A stretch of 64,000 bases of DNA from Octopus vulgaris (taxonomy: Eukaryota), in contig OX597830.1 in the NCBI GenBank assembly GCA_951406725.2, positions 74,090,001 to 74,154,000 on the forward strand, in the 5' to 3' direction. Positions 27,737 through 41,862 of this stretch are shown one piece after another (the first letter of the stretch is position 1; each line of letters opens with the position of its first letter). Made by a program: the position numbers and the translations under genes. The notes below the pieces were generated by a model, which was not told the origin of the DNA, did no database searches, and worked only from the letters and a program-made list of their open reading frames with translations.

Positions 27737-28539
27737 TATATGCACACATACTCACACACACTCACACTTCACAGACACAAACACACACACATATATATAT
27801 ATATACCTATGTATGTGCATATATATACATACACATACAAGCATTCACACAAGTAAATACGTATACATCCGTATATATTTACATACATGCATTCGACTTT
27901 GTGTGTATGTAATACTTACACACAGACACACAAACAAATACACACACATAGACACACACACACACTCAAACATAAATATATTTTATGTATATAAAGGGTG
28001 AGAGACATCTATAGCAACTACCCTTACGTACGTATGAAAAGGATTCAGCCCCGCTGTATAAGTAAACAGACCCTATTGCTTACCATAGGGCTTTCACTGT
28101 AGGATAAACTGAGAGAACGTTTCTCTAAATCGCAACTAGTTAAGACCGTCTTATCATGAATTTCTACTGGCTTTCTGTTTTCCAAAGAACTACTTCTAAG
28201 AATTACCACGTGTAACACTTGCTGATATCCTTTATTTGCACACCACTATATATTCTATGCTGTACTGGTCACCCTACAGAGCGATAGCTGTGGGTTCAAC
28301 TTATGCTTAGCTTGTACAAATTTGAATATAGCTATTTAAAGTTATGCATGTGAAATTATTCGCATTTCATCTGTAATTACAGAAACCGTATTCGTTTTTT
28401 TTTGGGGGGGGGGGGGGGCTATATTATTCACGTTTCCAGCAAATATACTGACATTCCATTGAGTATATATTTTCCATCTAGACCGGACGCCGGACAGTCG
28501 CAAGATTACTTATTATTTCCCAGGTGAGTGGACTGGAGC

Positions 28540-28708
28540 GAATCCAAGTAAAAAAACAGTCACAGGAAAAAAAAAGAAACGGTAATGAAGTCATAGGGGT
28601 TTTGTCCAAGGGATGGGTTATCCGAGGGGGTTTTGTCCTAGGGGCGGGGTTGTCCAGATTCCATAAAGTAATTATGACTTTTTTCCTGTGACTTTAGTAC
28701 CGGTCACC
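28540..28708. mobile_element. TIR element (Mutator/hAT-like) nested in a SINE
   Basis: 8-bp direct repeat actggagc at 28532-28539 and 28709-28716. Inverted agtcacaggaaaaaa / ttttttcctgtgact. Internal ggggttttgtcc repeats. Confidence 0.5.
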
Positions 28709-29204
28709 ACTGGAGCAACATGGAAAGAAGGGCTTTGCTTAAGAACACAACGTATTCCACAGTCCGGGAATCGAAACCACAATCTTACTATCATGAGTCC
28801 AACACCCTAACCGCTAAGCCACGCCCCTACACTGAGATGAGTACATACTTCATCTTTTACTCGTAAAATCTTTTCGCCTGTAATTCTGAAATATTACTTC
28901 TTAGTATATGATAAATGAATTTGCATATACGTATGTATGCATGTTTGTATTAGTGTAGATAGTGATACATGTCGGTCGATGCAGGTATGTGCGCATATAT
29001 GTATGCGTGCATGTTCGAATGTATGAATGGATGGATAGGCGTATGCGTTTATATATGTTTGTGTGTGTGCATATTTACTTTTATGCTTGCATGCTTCTGT
29101 GTATATGTGTATGTATGTATGTATGTAGTTATGAACGAACAGACGACGGACTGACGGATGGATGGATGGATGTTCTCTTCTGTGTTTAGTAATTTCAAGT
29201 GTCA

Positions 29205-29325
29205 TCTGCTATAGCCACGGGTCGACCAAAACCTTGTGAGAGGATTTGGTAGACTGAAGCTGAAAAAAAATCCCGTCGTATACATGTTTATATATATATA
29301 TGTGTGTATGTATATATAATATATG

Positions 29326-29366
<41 letters not shown>

Positions 29367-29432
29367 TACATATATATATATACATATACATCTATATATA
29401 TATATGTATACACACACGCACACATACATAAA

Positions 29433-29470
<38 letters not shown>

Positions 29471-29709
29471 CATACACACTTTATTATTAAACCTGTAAAA
29501 GCATCAGAAAAACACATAACAAAAAACTGCTACTCAGAGTTTCATATTCCCGTTCAGATTCTTAATCACAACTGTCCGACGATCGGGAATGTGAAACTCT
29601 GAGTAGCAGTTGTTTGTGATGTGTCTGCAGCACATTATTAATAAACCATATTACACTACATCCGGTATTTTTTCTCACCTTATTTCACATTCATGTGCTT
29701 ACTCTGGTA

Positions 29710-29752
<43 letters not shown>

Positions 29753-29990
29753 TTATGTGTGTGTTTGTACCTGCCCCAACTGCCATCGCTTAACAGCCGA
29801 TGCTGTTGAGTCTACGCCCTTCTAACCGAGAGGTCCGGCGAAAGAGAACGATGGAATAAATTCTACGCTTACAAAGAGTACGAGTAAATCATGGAATCGA
29901 TTTCTTCGGCTACAGTCTTTTAAAGCGGTGCTCCAGCACCGCCATAGTGAATTGACTGAAACAAGTGAAAGGATTAAAGAATAAAAGAAT
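29205..29990 (+). mobile_element. SINE family A, old copy split at its central microsatellite by the hammerhead palindrome
   Basis: Middle part at 29205-29282 and 3' half at about 29760-29990 are in the same orientation. Confidence 0.55.
29510..29625. mobile_element. Palindromic hammerhead element of the same family as 24542
   Basis: Inverted arms aactgctactcagagtttcatattcccg / cgggaatgtgaaactctgagtagcagtt. The + strand at 29570-29611 reads AACUGU-CCGACGA-UCG-GGAA-UGU-GAAA-CUC-U-GAG-UA^-GCAGUU. Confidence 0.65.
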
Positions 29991-30190
29991 ACAAACTCTT
30001 TGGATATATGTATTCTGTGAAAACTGATTTGATAGCAGTCGGATATTTGGAGGTTAATAAGTACATTCCATATAAAAGAAGTAATAGGTTTGACATGATC
30101 AACCAGAATCGTGGTAGAAATTTCACCAATAAATTCACAATCCAATGAGTACAAGCGATGAAATAGGAAGGAACGTGTATGTTTGTAAGA

Positions 30191-30237
<47 letters not shown>

Positions 30238-30504
30238 CACACATGCAGACACATACGCATATATACTTATATATAAGCACGTGTGTCTATGTTATCGTAA
30301 TACGACAGTATTTCAAAACCCTTAGAGTGCATTTAGTACACACACACACACACACACACACAAGATGAAACACATCAGATTAACAGGCTGATTTAGCCTC
30401 TTTCATCTCATATATATATATATACATACACACACATATAATATATCTAAATATGCATACATTTATATATGTGTGCATACATACATACATATGTAAATAT
30501 ATGC

Positions 30505-30558
<54 letters not shown>

Positions 30559-30604
30559 ATATGTATATATAAGTATATATAAAGAAATATATATACTACA
30601 TATG

Positions 30605-30777
30605 TGGGAAATCCTGTCTGTGTGTGTGTGTTTGTGGAGTTGTTAGCTAACTACTCCTACATCGTTTTATCGATTTTGATGAAATTTGACACGTGAGTAG
30701 AACTCATGTCGAGAAGCCTCATGGCATACTCAGATTGGTGAACAAGTCGATAATAGGACCCGAAGAAGGGCTCTTTA

Positions 30778-30780
<3 letters not shown>
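30605..30780 (+). mobile_element. Helentron/DINE-like non-autonomous fragment
   Basis: gtctg(tg)n microsatellite followed by cgattttgatgaaatttgacac, the recurrent HINE/DINE-1 core motif. Confidence 0.4.
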
Positions 30781-30823
<43 letters not shown>

Positions 30824-30826
<3 letters not shown>

Positions 30827-31230
30827 TCTTTTACTCTTTTACTCTTTTACTTGTTTCAGTCATTTGACTGCGGCCATGCTGGAGCACCGCCTTTAATCGA
30901 GCAACTCGACCACGGGACTTATTCTTTTTGTAAGCCCAGTACTTATTCTATCGGTCTCTTTTGCCGAACCGCTAAGTAACGGGGACATAAACACACCAGC
31001 ATCGGTTGTCAAGCAAAGCTAGGGGGACAAACACAGACACACAAACAAACACATATACATATATATATACGACAGGCTTCTTTCAGTTTCCGTCTACCAA
31101 ATCCACTCACAAGGCATTGGTCGGCCCGGGGCTATAGCAGAAGACACTCGCCCAAGATGCCACGCAGTGGGACTGAACCCAGAACAATGTGGTTGGTTAG
31201 CAAGCTACTTACCACACAGCCACTCCTGCG
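30824..31230 (-). mobile_element. SINE family A, full length
   Basis: Collinear with the other copies. The head end is locally duplicated (ccacacagccactcct twice). Confidence 0.85.
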
Positions 31231-31688
31231 CCACTCCACACAGCCACTCCTATATATATATATATATATATAAAATATTTCATTTTAACAGCGAAGAGAA
31301 ATAACCTATTCGCCCAGATTTTAACAACCAAGTGAAAAAACCTATTCATTTTCCTATACCATTTGGTATAAATCAAATTGTGTATGCTTATTTCTTAGTA
31401 TTTAAACTGTTAGACTTATTTTCGCAATTTATCCAATACAACCCTTAAACAAGTAAACAAGTTTCGTCTACCAGATCCTCTCAGAAGGATTTGAAAGGCC
31501 TATGGCTATAGTAGGAAGCATTTGAGCAAGGTGCAACGCAGTGGGCCTGAACCCGGAAGCATGTAGTTGGGAAACAAACTTTTTACCACAAAGTCAGAGA
31601 CACACGCACGCTCTTTCTTTCTGTCTTTCTTTCTTTCTTTCTTTCTTCTTTCTTTCTTTCTTTCTTTCTTTCCTTCTTTCTTTCTTTC

Positions 31689-31739
<51 letters not shown>

Positions 31740-32446
31740 TGCACTGTCTGTCTGTCCCTCTCTCCATCACCCTCCACACACAGCGTAACATATTTTGTTT
31801 TTCTTCACTATTTTTCCTGATATTTGCTTATTTGGCCATTTTATTTCGTTTTCATTCATTTTTTTTTCTTTTGTCTTGTTTTGTTTTCTTTGTGTTCGTT
31901 CATTCATTGAACGCAGAAAAATAAATAAACACAAAAATAGACAACAACAACAACAACAACAACAACAACTTCTACAACATCAACATCAACAACAACAATA
32001 AAAACACTGACAAAATCGACAACAAACTTCTAACGACAAAAATAAATAAACTAAAATAAAGTTGTATATATATATATGTTATAAATAGGAGAAAATAATA
32101 ATATCTAAATGAGGAAAAACGTTTTCTGTCATAGGATTATCTCAAAGGCAACTGATGTCTGTACTTATAAATAGATAGATATAGAACACAAAAGCAAAAA
32201 TACAACACACAAACAAATACAGAAAGAAAGCAACAAATAAGAAGAGAAATGAATCCTACGCCAGCCAGCCAGACAGCTAGTCAGCCATCCAGTTAGCTAG
32301 TCAGCTAGTAAGCTGTCTAACTTATCTGTAAGCCAATCTCCTACCAGCCACAAGTCTTTCGGGTATCCCTTTGATAGTTACCGACACAAACTGTATCCAA
32401 CATACAGGGCTATAGTGACGATGATGATAAAAAAAAAAAAAAAAAA

Positions 32447-32578
<132 letters not shown>

Positions 32579-32585
32579 AATAATG

Positions 32586-32681
<96 letters not shown>

Positions 32682-32805
32682 GTAATAATAATAATAATAA
32701 TAATAACAATAATAATAATAATATTAATAATAATAATAATAATAATAATTACAACAATAACAATAATAACAATAATAATAATAACAATAATAATAATAAT
32801 ATTCT

Positions 32806-33110
32806 CCTTTACTCTTCTACTTGTTTCAGTCATTTGACTGCGGCCATGCTGGAGCACCGCGTTTAATCGAGCAAATCGACCCCAGGACTTTATTGTTTGT
32901 AAGCCTAGTACTTATTCTATCGGTCCCTTTTGCCGAACCGCTAAGTTACGGGGACGTAAACACACCAGCATCTGTTGTTAAGTGATGTTTGAGGGGAAAA
33001 CACAGACACACAAACACACACACACATATATATACACATACATATATACGACGGGCTTCTTTCAGTTTCCGTCTACCAAATCCACTCACATGACTTTGAC
33101 GGCCCGAGGC
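32806..33110 (-). mobile_element. SINE family A, 5'-truncated
   Basis: Match ends at ggcccgaggct. Confidence 0.8.
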
Positions 33111-34127
33111 TTTCATGGTCGTGTGCTAGCAGAATCTCTTTTTCTAAAGCGTTTCTTAGAATGCGTTGGCATATATATTCTGGCACTTTACATTCTGAGT
33201 TCAAATCCCACCAAGGTAAATTTTGCCTTCCAACGTTTCCGTATAAATTACATAAAGTACCGGTCAACTAATCTAATCGATAAATCCCCAACCCGTCTCG
33301 CAAACTTTCAAGCATTCTCCCCGTGTTTGAAACTATTTACGTCTGGGATATGAAGACGCGTGCGTTAGTGGTTAGGGTATTACATCTATGGAAATCTGAT
33401 AAAAATATACCCTCAAGCTAAAGCAGAAACGGCTACAATTTGCTAGCTCCTTTCATCGAGCAGAAAAAGGGGTTACCTCATCCCTGCTCCTATGGCATCC
33501 CTCTGGAAGTGTTTTCTTCAGGAAACTGACATTTCCAGATACTATATTTCGGGACTCAGGGCTGGATATTAGAGATCTAACACAGCAATACAGGACCGTG
33601 CAGTGTGGAAAGGGAGTATCAATGGAGTTCTGACCAACCAATGGATGATGATGACGACAAGATTGTGAGTTCAGTTCCTGGCGACACATTGTGTCCTTGA
33701 GCAAGACACTTTGTTTTACGTTACCCTAGTCCATTCAGCAGGCATAAATGAGCCTTGTCACGCTCTGTGTCATGCTGAATCTCCCTGAGAACAACGTTAG
33801 GGATACACGTGTTCATGGAGTGTCCAGCCACTTGCACGTTAATTTGACCAGCAGGCTGTTCCGTTGATCGGATCAATTGGAACCCTCGTCTTCGTGTCTG
33901 ACGGAGTATATGGTTGGCATAGACATTAGAGCATTGGGAAAACTACTTTGCGATATTTTATTTGCGGCTCTTTACTCTCTGAGTTCAAATCATGCCTAGG
34001 CCAACTTGAACTTACATCATTACGATGTCGAAGAAATAAAGTACCAACAGAGCAACTGGAGTCGATATAATCGATTAATGTCTTCCCAGCCAAATTTAAA
34101 GCCTTGTATCTATATCAGAAATAATTA

Positions 34128-34631
34128 CCGTAAATCCTCGAGTATAGTCGACCCTTGAGTATAGTACGTAGGAAATTTTTAGGGGGCGGTAACTCTAAAC
34201 CTAAATTTTGTGTATAATACGCACCCCTTCTCTAACTTGAGTCAAGGAGGTCTATATAACGTCCTTGGTTTGTAAAAATGTATACGGTAACGTCTCTTAT
34301 TATTATTGTATATGTAACATAATGCAAACGTGTAGCTCTTTTGTGCATTTTGTTTGCAGGGAATAAAGAAATAACAGTAATAACGTTTAATAAATGTTGC
34401 TTACTGCAAGTTATGGATGATTCTTTTATGACTTCATTGCTTTCAGGCTTAGCTTAAGGCATTTTTGCGCCCGACATCACAAAATGCGTCTGAATAAACA
34501 TTGCCGGACAGCAAATAGAGACTCGGGCATTGCTAGAAAATAATTTTCATTTTTAACCTCGTAGTACGCACTAGGGATTTTGACTTTTAAATTTTTGGGA
34601 AAAAATGAGGATTATACTCGAGGATTTACGG
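34128..34631. mobile_element. pogo/Tc1-mariner-type MITE
   Basis: Perfect 19-bp TIR ccgtaaatcctcgagtata at both ends, TA flanks, non-coding interior. Confidence 0.8.
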
Positions 34632-34983
34632 TATTTAATGATACTTGGTCGGCAGAATCCTCACACCAACGGGCTAAATGCCTTGCGTTATTTCAAAGAG
34701 AAGGGTGAGCGCTATTTATGCCCTTCAGACCACAAACACTCCTCACCATTTGATAGAAAATATGTTCTAATATCGACTCAACGTCAGCAAATTTTAAGAG
34801 AATGAAGTAGACAGGAAAATATGCGATTTTGATTCAATATCCAAAAATCAGATTGAATGTTGATGGCTGGAATGAAATTTCACGGAGCTGAGTTGGAATT
34901 ATTGAAAACAACTTTTGAATGCTTCCTCTGTTGATCGATAATATTGTGAAAAACTACTTAAATTCTTCCAAGACAGAATTTAT

Positions 34984-35021
<38 letters not shown>

Positions 35022-36139
35022 TCATTCATTCAAACGCACACGCGCATACATGCAAACATACGTGTGCACCTATCTCATTCTCTCATTTTATGAGCATGCA
35101 TAAATGATTACATGTGTGTCTGTGTGTGTCTATCAATGTATGTATGTATGTAAATATGTATTTACGTACGTGTAAGTATGTGTGTATGTTGGAATGTATG
35201 TCTGTATGAATGTTTGTATGTCTGTGTGTATATATATGTGTGTATGTATGTCTGTATGTATGTATGTGTATTTATGTATATATGGATGTCTGTATGCGTG
35301 TATGTTTGCACGTATGTATGTAATTATGTATGTATGTATGCATGTATGCATGCATGTATGTATGTATGCATGTATGTATGTATGTATGTATGTATGGATG
35401 CATGTATGTGTGTGTGTATGTATGTATGTATGCATTATGCGTGTATGTATGTATCTATGCATGTATGCGTGTATGTATGTATCTATGCATGTATGCATGT
35501 ATGTATGTATGTATGTATGTATGTATGCATTATGCATGTATGTATGTATCCATGTATGTATGTATGTATGTATGTATGTATGTATGTATGTATGTATGTA
35601 TGTTTGTACGTGTGTATGTACGTATATATGGCTGTCTGCTCTTTGCAGAACTTGACCCCTTCTTGTACCTACAATTGCTGTTTCCTAATGTAAGGTCTTA
35701 AATGACAATTGAACTCTGAAATTTGTTTCAAGAACTGATCACAAATATTGCAGCAATGTCTCATTTCAGCATTTGATAAATTTTCTGCTTGTAAATCAGG
35801 AATGTTCAATTGCCGCTGCAATCCTTCATTGACTTGCAGGTTAATTTTGTAAAACATGGTTTTGAAACTAATCATCCGGAATGTAAACTCCAATAGCACA
35901 TTATAGGCCAACCCATACTGGCGTAGTGATGCAATATCTTACAAGTGTACGATATGCATATTTTTATACATAAGGAACATTTAAAGAAAGAATGAGAAAC
36001 AACAGCAACGCAATAGATGTATATATCTCAACTATATATACAGAAAGAGACAGAGGGGGGGGCGAGAAAGAGACACACTCAGAGAACGATACATACATAC
36101 ATAAATATATACACACATCGACACATAGATACGTGTCTA

Positions 36140-36299
36140 TATATCGACCCTAGTGCGTAACTGGTACTTATTTAATCGACCCCGAAAGGATGACAGGCAA
36201 AGTCGAGCTCGGCGGAATTTGAACTCACAATGTAACGACAGACGAAATACCGCTAAGCATTTCGCCCGGCATGCTAACGTTTCTGCCAGCTCACCGCCT
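36140..36299 (-). mobile_element. SINE family B, 3'-truncated
   Basis: Head and core on the minus strand. Confidence 0.8.
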
Positions 36300-36637
36300 T
36301 GAAGAAGCACAGGTACCAATGGCATCCTATCAACAGCAATGCAACAATATGTAACATCACCTGTTTTCATGTAATTATCACAATGGATGTATTGGTGTGA
36401 TGGTCACAATGGTAATGCTTGTGATACATAACCTGCTGCTTCATGAGGTACCGTCCTTGGGTTAAACAACATCAACAACGTAAATTTTCTTGGCATCACC
36501 ACAAAAAAATTGTAGCTTTTCTTTTGCCTGTTACTGCTTTGCCATAATTGTTAATTTATTAATTAACTTTTTTAACAATCTCTTTCATCGTTCATTATAT
36601 GTGATTTTGTTTGTATGTATGTATGTATGTATGTATG

Positions 36638-36670
<33 letters not shown>

Positions 36671-36789
36671 GTATGTAGATATGTATATGTGCATATATAT
36701 GAGTATATGTATATATAGATATGTATATATACTTATCTATGTCTATATATCTATAAATACATATCTATGTCTATACATTGAGCTATAGG

Positions 36790-36883
<94 letters not shown>

Positions 36884-36920
36884 CACAGACAGACAGATAG
36901 ATTGATAGATAGATATATAT

Positions 36921-37175
36921 ATCACGTGACCACGTGACCGATCACGTGTTGTTACACATCATTGGTCACAATGCGCATCTTGCATTGTTTTAGCCTTCAA
37001 AGGACGCTATTCCGCTGGCTAGGCGAAGAGGCCAACATTACCTACTGATCGAAGGGTAACTGGAGCGAAGTGAAATGAAGCGTTCTTGTCAAGAACACAA
37101 CACCCCGAACAGTTAGGGAATCGAACCCACGATCTAGCGATCGCGAGACCGTCGGCCTGATCACTTGGTTAACAC
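36921..37175 (-). mobile_element. Old tRNA-headed SINE (family C-type head)
   Basis: Minus-strand gtgggttcgattccc B-box and gtgttcttgacaag core. Confidence 0.55.
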
Positions 37176-37593
37176 AGGCCTGTTAAAACATCATGCATTT
37201 ATACACGCGCTCACCCGCTCCTATATCCTATATCCAGATATACCATTAACATACCACGCATAAAAACATAAACATACAATAAATACTTGTAAGGGTTTGT
37301 GGAGGTGTGTATATGTATACGCACACGCACAAGCAAAAACACACGTGTCCATCTATCTTTTACATATCTGTTACTCTAAGTCATTTCCTTTTTAATCAGA
37401 CCGGTGTATTGTTTTCGTATTTTGTATCAACAGATCACGTGGTAACATGTCAATACTCAGTGTCACATCCCCTAAGTTCCCTGGTTCCTACACACACGCA
37501 CACGCACACACATACACACACAATATTAGATATTGTGTGTGTATAATTACAAAAGGAAAAGTGCGAGAATAGGTGTTTCATACATCGCGGTAA

Positions 37594-37636
<43 letters not shown>

Positions 37637-37703
37637 AAAAGATTGTTTATCACGTTCCAAACATTTCTTCTTCATTCAAAGCTTTCTATCTATCTATCCA
37701 TCC

Positions 37704-37779
<76 letters not shown>

Positions 37780-37802
37780 GTCTATCTATCTATCTCTCTA
37801 TA

Positions 37803-37841
<39 letters not shown>

Positions 37842-37849
37842 GTGTCTGC

Positions 37850-37919
<70 letters not shown>

Positions 37920-38394
37920 GTATATCTGTCTGTTAATCTGTTCGCCTGTCTATTTCCTACTTCATCGATCTATTTATCTATTTCTCAATCTGTCTCGGTC
38001 TCTGTGTGCATCTCTCTCTCTCTCTTCCCCTTTTTTCTCCTCCCTCTCTGTCTCTTTGTCCCTCTGTCCCAAATATACGTACACATGCATGCATATATAT
38101 ATATATATATATGTCTGTGTGTATGTCTGTATGTATGTATGTGTATGTGCATCTCCTAATATATATCAGCGTATATCTGTATATATGTGTGTTTATATAT
38201 TGATGTATACATACATATACACTCGCACACACACACACACAACACACACACATACCACACACACACACACACACACTCACACATATGTACTGCTCCAGTA
38301 TGGTCACTGTCAAAAATCTGAAAGTAGTAACGTGTAACAAAGACAACATATATTCTTTTTTCTTTCCTTCACACGAATGCACACTTTCCCTCAC

Positions 38395-38546
<152 letters not shown>

Positions 38547-39320
38547 ATATAATTTTTCATTGTCATCGTACACCCTTTCTCATCCTTCTCACTTCATTGT
38601 ATTCTCTCGTTTTCTCGTTTTTTCCCCTCCCTTTCTCTACTTTTCTCCTTTCTCTCTCCCCTATCATACTCACAACACGTATTACCTGCCTCTCATATTC
38701 CTTTCCTGTTCATCTCGACTTTCATCCGATATGGGGCTTTACCGTCCTGTTCCGCTCAGAACTTGTCTCAACACCGGAAGCTGATACAAGTGGCGTCCAT
38801 GATTTAGCCTCGTTTTTGTTTTATGTCTTCCGTCTTTTTTTTTTATACCTTTCTTTTCTTGTCCGTATTATTTTTTTTATTTTCATCGTGCTCTTCACTT
38901 AATTCACTCTTTCTCTCACTCTGTCACTCTCTGTCTTTCTGCCTCCCTCTCTGTCTGCTTGTCTCTCTCTCTCTGTGTCTTTGTCTCTGTCTCTCTGCCT
39001 GTCTCTCTCTCTCACTCTGTCCCGTACACCTCAACGTACTGCTATGATACATATGTCTAAGTGAATAAATAAGCTTTATATACATACACAAACATAAATA
39101 CATACATACATACATACTTACATACATACATGCTTGCATTTAAACATACATCCATACATATATGCGTACAAGCATGCATACATATATATTTACATGCATA
39201 CATACACACAAACACACACACACACACACACATATGTATATATATATGTTTATACATGCATGGCATATATATATATATATAAATATACACACACACACAC
39301 ACACACATATAGAGAGAGAC

Positions 39321-39351
<31 letters not shown>

Positions 39352-39437
39352 CATAAATGTATGTACATACATACTTACATGCATACATATACATGTGTGT
39401 GTGTATGTGTGTGTGTGTGTGTAAAAGCACAAACTAA

Positions 39438-39482
<45 letters not shown>

Positions 39483-39642
39483 CTAATGCCGTTCCATTTA
39501 TTATTTTGTCTTTGTTTCTTTTGGTTCTGGTTTTGATATTCAATTATTCAACTCGAGTCTGTTGTCAAATCTCATATGACACATAATGTTAAATATGTGT
39601 TTGAATCCAAGCGTGCCAGAATACTCGACTACAGAAACTCCT

Positions 39643-39682
<40 letters not shown>

Positions 39683-39860
39683 TCCTTATTTTTTTCTTTC
39701 TTTCTCTCCATTTCTCCCTCTATTTCTTTACACACATGCACCTACAGCCATATACATACATATATACGTATATACATGCGTACATACATACACATATATG
39801 CATACACGCATGTGTGTGTATACGTGTGCGCGCGTGTGTGTGTATCTGCGGGAGTGGGTG

Positions 39861-39892
<32 letters not shown>

Positions 39893-40141
39893 CTAATATA
39901 TATATATTCCTGTGTATGAGTGTGTGCGTGCAATTGTGAATGTGTAGATGTGCGAATGTCCAAATTCATGTGTGTGTGTGGTCATCAATTAAGTTAGAAG
40001 GCAGCCTGTATAAGTATTATATGTTGATTCACTATATATCTTTTGTACCAACCAACTTTTATTCCATTTTCCCTAGAATTAATCTTGAAACTCTTCCTAT
40101 CTGCCTGTCTGTCGGCGTGTCAAATCGTAGTAATCTGTCCA

Positions 40142-40189
<48 letters not shown>

Positions 40190-40360
40190 ATATTGGTGTT
40201 TATAAAAGGCTAGAAAGACAAAATCCATTAATGTTTGTCATTTTAAATGAATGAGAGAAATCAGATACATACACAGACGGAAAGTTAAGAGAAAGCGAAA
40301 GATATAAACAAAGAGAGGAAGAGAGAGAGGGGAGGCATAAAAGAAGGGAGAGTTTAGGTA

Positions 40361-40401
<41 letters not shown>

Positions 40402-40449
40402 CGCACACATATATCCACACACAGTGAACGAAAGCGAGCAAGATGGGTG

Positions 40450-40508
<59 letters not shown>

Positions 40509-40759
40509 TGGTAAGTTTGTATTAACGTATATGTTCGAGTATCTATATAAGATTTATATAGAGACAGGTGTACGTTTAATATGTATTGTTACAGAGCTAT
40601 GTTTGAAACAGTGTGGTTACAAGGTCGATCTCACTACACAACACCTTGCAAAACTTATTTCGACCAAATGGCTGCAAAGATATAAGTACATAGAGAATAA
40701 CAATTTAAACCTTTGACACCACTCTTAGATTATATATTTTATCGTTTAATTTTCCAGTA

Positions 40760-41130
40760 GCATGTTTGTGTGGTGAGAAGCTTGCATCAAAAGAACATGG
40801 TTCCAGGTTCAGTCACACTAAGCAGTACATTGGGCAATTTTCTTCTATTATAACCCCCGGCCCGACCAATTCCTTGTGAGTCTATTTATAAATATGTATA
40901 TTCTTCTAGTATTTTACTTGTTTCAGTTATGTGTCTGCGGCCATACTGGAGCACCGCCTTAAAGGGTTATAGTCGAAAAAATCTACCCTAGAATTTATTT
41001 TTGTAAGCCTGGTACTTATTCTATTGGGTTCATTTGCTGAACCGCTAGTTTACGGGGACATAACCACACCAACATCTGTTGTCAAGCGATGGTGAGGAAA
41101 CAAACACAGATGCGCGGGCGCACACACACA
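40760..41130. mobile_element. Two SINE family A fragments (5' part on +, 40760-40882; 3' part on -, 40905-41130)
   Basis: Degenerate matches to the two halves of family A. Confidence 0.65.
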
Positions 41131-41627
41131 CACAAATACACATTCACACACACACATACATACACACGTATGTGTATGTGCGTGTCGGCTTGACATATTG
41201 TTGTGTGTGTCGTTGTGTCAATTTGACATCTAGTATTGGTTTTGTTTATGTTCTCATACCTTAATGCTTCGGTAAAACCACTATAGAAGAAATACCCGAC
41301 TTGAAAGAAATCAAGTACTAAATTCGATCGTTTCGTTTAAAATTCTTCAGGGCGGTGCCCTGGCATGACCACAGTCCAAAGACTGAAACATGCAAATAAT
41401 AAAAGGTAAAAACGTAGACATACAATATCCACTTTGTCTTTATACCATGTAAAACTACGAGCCATAATTTAAAGTAAATATATCTGCCTATTTCTAATGG
41501 CTTGACTGACCCGATACATCCTCTGGAATACACCAAGTAGTTCGTTCTCCTTGATACCTCGACCATCCATAAAGACGCAGTTTCTCTTCGCTGCCAGTAA
41601 TCCTCTTTACGTTACTAGCAAAGAAAT

Positions 41628-41862
41628 ACCTATTTCATTACTACCCACAAGGGGCTAAACACAGAGGGGACAAACAAGGACAAACAAACGGATTAAGTCG
41701 ATTATATCGACCCCAGTGCGTAACTGGTACTTAATATATCGACCCCGAAAGGATGAAAGGCAAAGTCGACCTCGGCGGAATTTGAACTCAGAACGTAGCG
41801 ACAAACAAAATACCGCTAAGCATTTCGCCCGGCGTGCTAACGTTTCTGTCAGCTCACCGCCT
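41628..41862 (-). mobile_element. SINE family B monomer with a 16-bp TSD
   Basis: TSD ttactagcaaagaaat at 41612-41627 and 41865-41880. Confidence 0.9.

Noticed and set aside
36921-36950. Triple CACGTG E-box cluster
   Set aside because: It lies at the tail of a SINE and probably reflects terminal repeats.
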